Positions 37,739-47,672 of a DNA stretch of 64,000 nucleotides are shown here, in pieces. The position numbers were made by a program, and so were the translations under genes. Each line of letters starts with the position of its first letter. Within the stretch, counting starts at the first letter, position 1. The stretch comes from an uncultured Acidimicrobiales bacterium (lineage in GTDB: Bacteria; Actinomycetota; Acidimicrobiia; Acidimicrobiales; SHLQ01): contig CAZLWE010000005.1 in the NCBI GenBank assembly GCA_964562985.1, positions 3,241 to 67,240 on the forward strand. The letters run 5' to 3'. The notes below the pieces were generated by a model. That model was not told the origin of the DNA, made no database searches, and worked only from the letters and a program-made list of their open reading frames with translations.

Positions 37739-38044
37739 TTACGTCTCGAAGCGGGCTGCCGCGGCATCAATCGCCATAGCGAGAGCAAGATCCAGCTGCG
37801 TGATCCCTGAAGGATCATGGGTGAGGAGATCGATGACCACTCGGTTGTACACGTTGGACCATTCGGGATGGTGGTCAATTCGCTCTGCAACCATCGCAAC
37901 CTCGGTCATGCATGCGAAGGCGGAGACAAAATCTTTGAACGACACCTCACGGTGTAATTTTCCCGAGACCACATCCCAATCCGAGTGCAACTCGGCCATT
38001 GCCTCAACGATCTCGTCCATTGGAAGTACGGCAGGTCGTGACAT
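37739..38044 (-). CDS. phhB: pterin-4-alpha-carbinolamine dehydratase
   Basis: AERIDHHPEWSNVYNRV...THD..GIT.LD family signature. Confidence 0.92.
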   Translation of the reverse strand: MSRPAVLPMDEIVEAMAELHSDWDVVSGKLHREVSFKDFVSAFACMTEVAMVAERIDHHPEWSNVYNRVVIDLLTHDPSGITQLDLALAMAIDAAAARFET

Positions 38045-38092
38045 GCACACGAGCATGGCATATTCGACCGGCGATGGATCGCAGTAAGGCCG

Positions 38093-38135
38093 AAAACGGG
38101 CGAAGCCCCGCCCCCTTACGGGAGCGGGGCGTTCG
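38093..38135 (-). terminator. intrinsic terminator of the FG-GAP gene
   Basis: GC-rich stem GCCCCGC/GCGGGGC plus CCC/GGG; TTTT follows on the minus strand; 21 bp after the stop. Confidence 0.7.
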
Positions 38136-38156
38136 GTGCCCAGTTGAACTAGTTGG

Positions 38157-40223
38157 TTAGAGTTCGCAACCGACTATCGCTTCGGCGATACCAGCAGCGT
38201 CAGCGACACAGGTATCGAGGCCGCCGCCACCGATGTAGCTGTCTACGCCAGCGCCACCGTCAAGAATGTCAGGACGAGTACCGCCGACAAGGGTGTCGTT
38301 ACCGGCGTTGCCGTTAATGACGTCAGCCTTTTGGCCGCCACGAAGGTTGTCGTCGCCAGCGCCGCCTTCGATGGTGTCGGTACCTTCGTTCCCACGAATC
38401 TCGTCGTCGCCAGCGCCACCGATAAGGGTGTCCTTACCCTTACCGCCGGCGATGAAGTCGTCGCCACCCTGGCCGTAGACAATGTCCTTGCCCTGACCAG
38501 CTTCGATGATGTCGTTACCGGTTCCGCCAAAGACGACGTCCTGTCCGTCGCCAGCGATGATGGTGTCGTCGCCGCCTTCGCCACAGATTACGTCGAAGCC
38601 GTCGCCAGCCACGATTCGGTCATCACCTGGGGTTCCCAAGATGACGTCGTTGCCAGCGGTTGGGAGCTCACCGAGGTTCAGGTTGACCGTGACATCAAGA
38701 CCGCCACACTGCGGAACAGGAACAGGTGCAGGTACCGGAGCTGGTGCTGGAGCCGTTGTCGTTGTGGTTGGAGCAGGTGCAGGTGCTGGGGCCACAGTGG
38801 TTGTCGTCGGCGCTGGTGGTGCCGTTGTGGTCGTGGTTGGAGCCACAGTGGTTGTCGTCGGCGCGGGAGCCGTCGTTGGAGGGGCCGTCGGCGCGGTGCC
38901 AGGGATTGGGGTGCCCGTCGTGTTGAACACGTACGCTGCGCCTGAGTCCTGGTTGTCGATGTCGATATCGACGTTGGGTGCTCCAGCGACGATGTTGGTG
39001 CCCGAGAGAGCAACCGACAATCCGAGCTGGTCACTACCAACACCATTCGACGCGGTGTACTTGGTTTCTTCAACCCAACCTGCGCCGTTATTGGCAAATG
39101 AGAAGACCGAACCTTCAGCTGAACCAAAGAGGCTCGAGTCACCGGAGGAACCGATGATGATGCGGCCGCCCTCGATGTCGACGTCGTCACCGAACTTGTC
39201 GGTGCCTGCTTCGTCGGATGCAACGAGGATGTCTGATTGGCTCCATGTGGTTCCAACACGACCGAAGACGTAGGCAACACCGGAGTCAGCGCCGCTGTCT
39301 TCATTCAGGGCTGGATCGCCCATGATGGTGGTTGAGTCAGCGCGTGGTGCGCCGATGACAACAACGTCGCCGTCGATAGCGATCGAGTCACCGAAGATGT
39401 CGCCAGCGGCTGCATCGGATGCAACGAGCTTGCTCTGCTGGGACCATGCGGCACCGCTACGGGTGAAGACGTAGCCAGAGCCCTGGCTAGTGTCGTCAAA
39501 TGGTGCGCCAGCAACTGCGGTATCACCGCTGATATCAACAGCGAGGCCGAATCGATCGTTGGCTGCGCCGTCAGCTGGAGAGAGCTGGGCTTGCTGCGAC
39601 CAAGTTGCACCGTTCTGGGTGAATACATAGGCCGATCCTGCATCGAGGCCCTGCGTTGGGGCACCCACGATGAAGCTGGTGCCGTCGATGGCAACCGCTT
39701 GGCCGAAGTTCTCCTGGAAGACGCCAGGGCTGACTCGCTGCTGCTGTGTCCAGACACCGGCGTTTCGGGTGAAGACGTAGGCGGCACCGGAGCGAGGCTC
39801 GCCGCCATTAGCGATTGGTGCACCGATCACAGCGACGTCGCCGTCGATGGCAACCGATTGACCGAAGAGGTCGTCGAAAAGTCCGCCGAAGCCGCTCGGG
39901 GTGAGCTTGGCCTCAAGGGTCCAGTTAGCGCCGGACTGTGTAAATACGTATACAGCGCCAGCGTTGGTCGAGGCGTCATCATCGAGTGGAACACCGACGA
40001 GCATTGTGTTGCCGTCGATCGCGATCGACTGGCCGAAGAAGTCGGTTGCTTCTTGGTCAGCTGCGGCCGTGACCTGTACGTCTTCAGTGACGCTATCGGT
40101 AACGGTCTGGGCGCCGCTGACAGCGGTGAAGCCGAGAAGCAGAGAACCAGTCAACGCTGCTGAGGAGATCACAGTTCTCCGGAGCCAGCGTGAGCTGGAA
40201 ATAGAAGGGGACTTATTAGGCAT
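38157..40223 (-). CDS. secreted protein: 7 FG-GAP repeats, P/T linker, RTX-like Ca-binding nonapeptide repeats
   Basis: Signal peptide; 7 x FG.SVAIDG...GAP...G.AYVF; TTTVAP linker; GGxGxD repeats. Confidence 0.9.
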   Translation of the reverse strand: MPNKSPSISSSRWLRRTVISSAALTGSLLLGFTAVSGAQTVTDSVTEDVQVTAAADQEATDFFGQSIAIDGNTMLVGVPLDDDASTNAGAVYVFTQSGANWTLEAKLTPSGFGGLFDDLFGQSVAIDGDVAVIGAPIANGGEPRSGAAYVFTRNAGVWTQQQRVSPGVFQENFGQAVAIDGTSFIVGAPTQGLDAGSAYVFTQNGATWSQQAQLSPADGAANDRFGLAVDISGDTAVAGAPFDDTSQGSGYVFTRSGAAWSQQSKLVASDAAAGDIFGDSIAIDGDVVVIGAPRADSTTIMGDPALNEDSGADSGVAYVFGRVGTTWSQSDILVASDEAGTDKFGDDVDIEGGRIIIGSSGDSSLFGSAEGSVFSFANNGAGWVEETKYTASNGVGSDQLGLSVALSGTNIVAGAPNVDIDIDNQDSGAAYVFNTTGTPIPGTAPTAPPTTAPAPTTTTVAPTTTTTAPPAPTTTTVAPAPAPAPTTTTTAPAPAPVPAPVPVPQCGGLDVTVNLNLGELPTAGNDVILGTPGDDRIVAGDGFDVICGEGGDDTIIAGDGQDVVFGGTGNDIIEAGQGKDIVYGQGGDDFIAGGKGKDTLIGGAGDDEIRGNEGTDTIEGGAGDDNLRGGQKADVINGNAGNDTLVGGTRPDILDGGAGVDSYIGGGGLDTCVADAAGIAEAIVGCEL

Positions 40224-40384
40224 GGGCACGGCCTTTCGTGATTTATGTGTGTCGTGACTAATACGAGTTTCACGCGGAGGGGTTTTTGCCGCCTGATACG
40301 AAAGGCTCGTCATCACTGGGCTGAAAGGGCTACGCGCCCGCACGTCAACTCCGCACGGCAACGACACACTTCTAAGCTGGAGCT

Positions 40385-42001
40385 ATGGAACTCTCGCTGC
40401 AGAAGCTCGATACCCAAATCGATCGACAAGGACCTCTGTTGTTTGTGATTGCCGACGGGTTCGGTTGCGCTGACTATTTGCCGTCGAACGCGATTGCCAT
40501 GGCGGAGACACCAAACATCGATGCGCTACTCGTCGATTCAATCGAGCTAAAGGCGCATGGCCCCGCAGTTGGCTTGCCGACCGAGGGCGATATGGGAAAC
40601 AGCGAGGTGGGACACAATGCCTTGGGAGCAGGCCGGATCTTCGAGCAGGGCGCAAAGCTCGTGAACAAAGCGATCGCCGAAGGATCCATGTTTGAAGGCG
40701 AGGCGTGGCAAAGCGTTATCGCGTCAGGCAAAGACGGCACGTTGCATTTCATTGGCCTGCACTCCGATGGCAACGTGCACTCTCACACCGACCATCTCTA
40801 TGCGATGCTGCGTGCCGCAGCAGATGCAGGGGTCCAAAGTTGCGCGGTGCACATCCTTCTCGACGGCCGTGACGTTGATGCCCGTTCGGCCTTGCCCTAT
40901 ATCGAGGCCACCGAAGCGGTGCTCGCCGAGATCAACTCCGCTCACGATGGAGCGAACTACCGAATCGCCTCCGGTGGCGGTCGGATGTCGATCACCATGG
41001 ATCGTTATGGAGCTGACTGGCCGATGGTCGAGCGCGGGTACAACACCCATACGCATGGCGTTGGTCGCCAATTCGCGTCGGCCGCCGAAGCGGTCGAGAC
41101 GATGTACGGCGAGTCCGACGCGGGCGATCAGTACCTCGATGGCTTCGTCATTGCTCAAGATGGCGAAGCGGTTGGAACGATTTCCGATGGCGATGGGGTT
41201 GTGCTGTTCAATTTCCGTGGCGACCGCGCGATCGAGATCAGTCAGGCCTACGAAGAGGAGGAGTTTGCGTTCTTCGATCGAGGAAGTAACCCGAAGGTCA
41301 ACTACGTCGGACTCCTGCAATACGACGGCGATGCGTTTGTCCCGAAGCGATACCTCGTCGACCCGCCATCGATCGAGAACACGGTGGGGGAGTACCTGTG
41401 TGCTGTTGGGCTACGGAGCTTCGCGATTAGCGAGACGCAGAAGTATGGACATGTCACCTACTTCTGGAACGGGAACCGCTCCGGATTTATCGATGAAGAG
41501 CTCGAGACCTACGTTGAGATTCCGTCGGACAACATCGAGTTCAACAAGGCGCCCGCGATGAAAGTGCGCGAGTGCACCGACGCGGTCATTGAGATGCTTC
41601 GCTCTGGCGACTTCGACTGGGGCCGAGTGAACTTCGCGAACCCAGACATGGTGGGCCACACCGGTGACCTCAACGCCACGATCGAAGCGATTCGTGTGCT
41701 CGACGATTGTGTTGGCAAGCTCGTTGCGGTGATCGAGGAGCTTGGTGGAGCGTTGATCTTCACCGCCGATCACGGCAACGCCGACATCATGTACAAGGAG
41801 AAGGATGGCGAGCGGATTCCGGTGACCAGCCACACGCTGTCGCCCGTACCGTTCGGGATTCTTGATACGTCATCGACCGAGTACTCCTGGGCCGGAGTCG
41901 AGGGCGCGGGTATCTCCAACGTGGCAGCAACGATTGTGAACCTGCTCGGCTTCGAAGCGCCAGCCGACTACGACACCAGCCTGATCTCGATTTCTGGGTA
42001 G
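40385..42001 (+). CDS. gpmI: 2,3-bisphosphoglycerate-independent phosphoglycerate mutase
   Basis: MGNSEVGH, DGRD, NFRGDR, NPDMVGHTG and TADHGN motifs. Confidence 0.96.
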   Translation: MELSLQKLDTQIDRQGPLLFVIADGFGCADYLPSNAIAMAETPNIDALLVDSIELKAHGPAVGLPTEGDMGNSEVGHNALGAGRIFEQGAKLVNKAIAEGSMFEGEAWQSVIASGKDGTLHFIGLHSDGNVHSHTDHLYAMLRAAADAGVQSCAVHILLDGRDVDARSALPYIEATEAVLAEINSAHDGANYRIASGGGRMSITMDRYGADWPMVERGYNTHTHGVGRQFASAAEAVETMYGESDAGDQYLDGFVIAQDGEAVGTISDGDGVVLFNFRGDRAIEISQAYEEEEFAFFDRGSNPKVNYVGLLQYDGDAFVPKRYLVDPPSIENTVGEYLCAVGLRSFAISETQKYGHVTYFWNGNRSGFIDEELETYVEIPSDNIEFNKAPAMKVRECTDAVIEMLRSGDFDWGRVNFANPDMVGHTGDLNATIEAIRVLDDCVGKLVAVIEELGGALIFTADHGNADIMYKEKDGERIPVTSHTLSPVPFGILDTSSTEYSWAGVEGAGISNVAATIVNLLGFEAPADYDTSLISISG

Positions 42002-42084
42002 GGGTCAGCGGGCGTTGGTTAGCCAAGCTCGCAGCTCGCTCGAATTTCAACAGACACAGGATTCGCCTTTGCGCCCCGCTCGCC

Positions 42085-42113
42085 GGGAATAGATTTCGCA
42101 TAGTGAAAGTTGA
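42085..42113 (+). promoter_or_regulatory. SigH/SigR-type ECF promoter of the dnaK operon
   Basis: GGGAAT-N18-GTTGA. Confidence 0.75.
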
Positions 42114-42129
42114 GTGGATCTGACTAAGG
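42109..42129. promoter_or_regulatory. HAIR (HspR operator), distal dnaK copy
   Basis: GTTGAGT-N7-ACTAAGG against the consensus CTTGAGT-N7-ACTCAAG. Confidence 0.6.
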
Positions 42130-42205
42130 ATCGCACGATGGTGCGGCATCAAGAGGAACCTAAGGACTTTGCGAAGTCCCGCGATCTCCTTCCCTGGTGC
42201 TTACA

Positions 42206-42226
42206 CTTGAGCGCTGTCCACGCAAG
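42206..42226. promoter_or_regulatory. HAIR (HspR operator), proximal dnaK copy
   Basis: CTTGAGC-N7-ACGCAAG (2 mismatches), flanked by A/T. Confidence 0.75.
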
Positions 42227-42294
42227 TTTTAACAAACAGACAACTTGTCGCCGATTGAACTCGGAGACATCCCGCAATTCAGGAGCATGACCAC

Positions 42295-44129
<1,835 letters not shown>

Positions 44130-44133
<4 letters not shown>

Positions 44134-44744
44134 GCCATTCTGAGGAATCGGCTATCGACCACCTGGTCGACGAAGCCCTAGAGGGTCGGGCGGCAGCCGA
44201 AGCAGAAACTGCTCCGAGTCGCGTCTCTATGGCCACCGACTCAGAGGCGGAGAACGCCGATGCGGATGTCGATGACTTCGAATCTGTGGGCCCCGGTTTT
44301 GCGGGCAGCGAGGAGATCGCCGCGCTGCGCGCCGAGCGTGACAGCTTTCTTGCCGATACGCAACGGATCACCGCGGACTTCGCGAACTACCGCAAGCAAT
44401 CCGATAAGCGCGTCCTCGAGGCAGCTGCGACGCAGTCGGCATCGTTGGTGCGAGACCTCATCCCGATCCTTGATGCCTGTGATAGCGCAATCGTTCAGGA
44501 TCCAGATTCAGCGGTTGGTCCTATTCGCGCTGCGCTGATCGGTGAGCTCGAAAAGAATGGTCTGGAGTTGTTGGCGCCGACCGACAATGAACTGTTCGAT
44601 CCCGAGCAGCACGAGGCAGTTATGCACGAACCTGCATCAGACGACAGCGACTTCGACGAGCCCGTAGTCGGTGAAGTGTTTCGTGCTGGCTACACCTGGA
44701 AGGGTCGTGTCGTGCGACCCGCCATGGTGAAGGTCGTTGGCTAG
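44130..44744 (+). CDS. grpE: nucleotide exchange factor GrpE
   Basis: [31 protein letters not shown]. Confidence 0.96.
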
Positions 44745-44782
44745 CACCAAATGAATAGACACACCCGGGGAGGTGAGTAGTA

Positions 44783-45697
44783 GTGGATGCACAACGCGAA
44801 TGGTTGGAGAAGGACTACTACAAGATCCTGGGAGTCGATCAGTCTGCGACGGCCAAGGAACTCTCGAAGTCGTATCGGACTCTGGCTCGTCAGTATCACC
44901 CCGACACCAACCACGGAGATGCCAAGGCCGAAGAACGGTTCAAGGAGATCTCTGCTGCCTACGAGGTATTAGGCGACGAGAAGACGCGGCGTCGCTACGA
45001 CGAGTTTCGTCGCCTCGGAGGTGGCGCCAGCTTTGGCGGCGGTGGGTTCAACACCGGTGGACGCGGAGGGCAAGACCTCGGCGATCTTTCTGATCTAATC
45101 GGCGGACTATTCGGCGCGGGCCGCGGCGGTCAACGATCGGGTTTTGGCTTTGGTCAGATGCCCGGTTTGGACCTACAAGCATCGCTTCACTTGTCCTTCG
45201 AAGAGGCGATCAAGGGGGTCACCAAGACCGTACGACTCAGCTCTGAAGCGTTGAGCGCGCCGATGGAAGTAAATGTTCGGATCCCTGCTGGGGTGAAGGA
45301 CGGGCAACGGATTCGGGTTCCCGGAAAGGGCGCACCATCTCGCGAGGGTGGTGAACCCGGTGATCTGTTGGTCACCATCGGCATCGAAGCACACGACGTC
45401 TTCGAGCGAGATGGCAACAACTTACGAGTCCAAATTCCCGTCACCTATAGCGAGGCGGTACTGGGTGCCGACGTCAAGGTTCCCACCATGAACGACACCG
45501 CGGTGACCGTTCGGGTTCCCGCGGGTACCTCATCGGGCAAGGTGCTTCGGGTTCGTGGTCGAGGTATAAAGACCTCATCGAATACTGGCGATCTATTGGT
45601 AAACGTGGTGGTACACGTTCCGCCACACCTTTCCCAAGAAGAGCGCGAGCTGATCGAGAAACTCCATGCGGTCGAAAAGCCCGCTCCGAGGCCGTAA
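44783..45697 (+). CDS. dnaJ: J-domain co-chaperone, class B (no zinc finger)
   Basis: KDYYKILGV, YHPD, G/F region and C-terminal domains; no CxxCxGxG motif. Confidence 0.93.
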   Translation: MDAQREWLEKDYYKILGVDQSATAKELSKSYRTLARQYHPDTNHGDAKAEERFKEISAAYEVLGDEKTRRRYDEFRRLGGGASFGGGGFNTGGRGGQDLGDLSDLIGGLFGAGRGGQRSGFGFGQMPGLDLQASLHLSFEEAIKGVTKTVRLSSEALSAPMEVNVRIPAGVKDGQRIRVPGKGAPSREGGEPGDLLVTIGIEAHDVFERDGNNLRVQIPVTYSEAVLGADVKVPTMNDTAVTVRVPAGTSSGKVLRVRGRGIKTSSNTGDLLVNVVVHVPPHLSQEERELIEKLHAVEKPAPRP

Positions 45698-45699
45698 CC

Positions 45700-46107
45700 A
45701 TGACATCTCCGAAGCAGACAACCAGAAACGGTTCGGTATACGTCATCTCGGTGGCAGCCGAGCTCTCGGGGATGCATCCTCAAACGCTGCGCATTTATGA
45801 GCGCAAGGGACTGGTCTCACCCGCGAGAACGTCGGGTGGGTCACGTCGTTATAGCGATGCCGATGTGGCGCTGTTGCAACGAATCTCGGAGCTGACTTCT
45901 GAGGGAATGAACCTTGTTGGGGTGAAGCGAATCCTCGACCTGGAACATCAGGTGGCAAAGCTTGAACGCGAACTGGAGACCTTGCGCAAGGCTCACGACG
46001 GCGATGTGGATCAAGCACGAACCTCGGCGATTCGCGAGACCGAACGCAACTACCGACGAGATCTCGTTCCGCTGCGTCAAACGGTCACCATTTACCGAGA
46101 GGGCTAG
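45700..46107 (+). CDS. hspR: heat-shock repressor HspR (MerR family)
   Basis: VYVISVAAELSGMHPQTLRIYER.GLVSPART.GG.RRYS. Confidence 0.96.
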   Translation: MTSPKQTTRNGSVYVISVAAELSGMHPQTLRIYERKGLVSPARTSGGSRRYSDADVALLQRISELTSEGMNLVGVKRILDLEHQVAKLERELETLRKAHDGDVDQARTSAIRETERNYRRDLVPLRQTVTIYREG

Positions 46108-46172
46108 GACATGGCGGGCTTTGCCAGGCCTACCAACTCGTAGCTCAGGTCGACCAAACGACGGGCCGTTTC

Positions 46173-47564
46173 CTAGGCGCCCTTGAGGAACTTGGATATG
46201 GCGTAGGCAACTTTTGCCTCGCGATCGCTTGCTTCTTCTCGGTCATCTGCCGTAGCAAGAATTGCGCGGCTGCTCCGGACTCCGAGCCATCGGAAGGGTT
46301 CAGGCTCCCAAGAGCGGGCCTTGTGCCCGACCCACGGGAGCGATGTTCGCTCTGTCGATTCACCGCGAATGAGTTCAGCCATGGTTCGACCGGCGAGGTT
46401 TGCGGCGGCGACGCCTTCGCCGACGTAGCCACCAAGCACACCGACGCCACTCGACCGATCGAAGCGCAAGCCCGGCACCCAGTCGCGAGGAATGCCGAGC
46501 ACCCCGCCCCATCGGTGGGTGAATTGGGTGTTGCCGAGGACGGGGAGCATGTCGATGAGTGTCTCGCGCAGAAGTGCGTGTGACGGGCCGTGCGTTTCGG
46601 CGTGCGGGCTGATCGCTGAACCCCACAGGTAGGGCACGCCGCGGCCGCCGAATGCGAGCCGGTTGTCAGCGGTTCGCTGGCCGTAGATCACCATGAAGCG
46701 GTCGTCGGAGAACGTTGGTCGGTCGGCGAGGCCGATCTCCTCGAACACTTCATTGGAGAGCGGTTCGGTTGCAACCATGAGCGAATAGACCGGGAGCAGG
46801 GCTCGGCGCTCGCCCGCAAGGTCCCTTGTGTATGCCTCGGTAGCTTGCACCACGACATTGGCTCTGACCACGCCTCGGTTTGTTCGCACCAAGTTGGGTT
46901 CGATCTCGGAAACTGCGGTGTTCTCGACGATCGTCACCCCGGCCGCCTCGACCACATCGGCCAGTCCACGAGTCAGCTTGGCAGGATCGATGGCGGCGCA
47001 ATGCGGAAAGTAGATGCCCGACTTCACGTTGGTGGCGTTGAGGTAGCTGCGAGCGGCGTCGGGTTCGAGCAGTTCACCGTGCGCTCCGTCGGCGATCTCA
47101 CTTCGTTGTCTATTGGCCTGAGGCGTGTTGCGTGCCAGTCGGATCCATCCACCCTTGGCGTAGTCACATTCGATCGCTTCGGCGTCGGCAATGCGGCCGA
47201 TCTCATCGACCGCGTCTTGCACCGCTCGATCGAGGCGGTTGGCGGCGTCCATCGATGACCACTGCGCATACTTCTCCGGGCTGGAGGCGAGTTCACCGAC
47301 CGCCCAACCGCCATTGCGACCCGATGCACCGAATCCGCAGAAGTCCTTCTCGACGACCATTACGCGAAGTGTTGGGTCGGCTCGGATGAGGTAGTAGGCC
47401 GTCCACAGACCGGAGAATCCGCCGCCGACAATGGCCACGTCAACGTCGCCGTCGCCTTGCAGCGCTGGTCGTCGTTCGATCGTCCCGAGGCGATCCAGCC
47501 ACAGAGCCATCGTCGAGGAGTTCTCAAGGAATGCATCTGCGGCGGGCAGCATCGACTTCGACAT
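46173..47564 (-). CDS. FAD-dependent oxidoreductase, PuuB/OrdL-like amine oxidase
   Basis: AIVGGGFSGLWTAYYL, GASGRNGGW, WEPEPFRWLG. Confidence 0.88.
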   Translation of the reverse strand: MSKSMLPAADAFLENSSTMALWLDRLGTIERRPALQGDGDVDVAIVGGGFSGLWTAYYLIRADPTLRVMVVEKDFCGFGASGRNGGWAVGELASSPEKYAQWSSMDAANRLDRAVQDAVDEIGRIADAEAIECDYAKGGWIRLARNTPQANRQRSEIADGAHGELLEPDAARSYLNATNVKSGIYFPHCAAIDPAKLTRGLADVVEAAGVTIVENTAVSEIEPNLVRTNRGVVRANVVVQATEAYTRDLAGERRALLPVYSLMVATEPLSNEVFEEIGLADRPTFSDDRFMVIYGQRTADNRLAFGGRGVPYLWGSAISPHAETHGPSHALLRETLIDMLPVLGNTQFTHRWGGVLGIPRDWVPGLRFDRSSGVGVLGGYVGEGVAAANLAGRTMAELIRGESTERTSLPWVGHKARSWEPEPFRWLGVRSSRAILATADDREEASDREAKVAYAISKFLKGA

Positions 47565-47588
47565 AGTTTGGAAATCTACATGATGGCG

Positions 47589-47599
47589 CTGAATTTCAG
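47589..47599. promoter_or_regulatory. candidate operator palindrome in the divergent oxidoreductase/gabT promoter
   Basis: CTGAA-T-TTCAG in an AT-rich gap of about 108 bp. Confidence 0.3.
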
Positions 47600-47672
47600 A
47601 GAATTTGTTTCCGAAGTGTGCCTAATCCATTGCCAATTCGATTTTCAGCCTCGGGATCACTAGTTTTTGACC

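Noticed and set aside
38157-38700. RTX repeats suggesting a type I-secreted toxin
   Set aside because: The protein has an N-terminal signal peptide, the host is a monoderm and no T1SS genes are present; the repeats are read as Ca-binding only.
42002-42294. CIRCE (HrcA) element upstream of dnaK
   Set aside because: No TTAGCACTC-N9-GAGTGCTAA-like sequence found; only HAIR sites.
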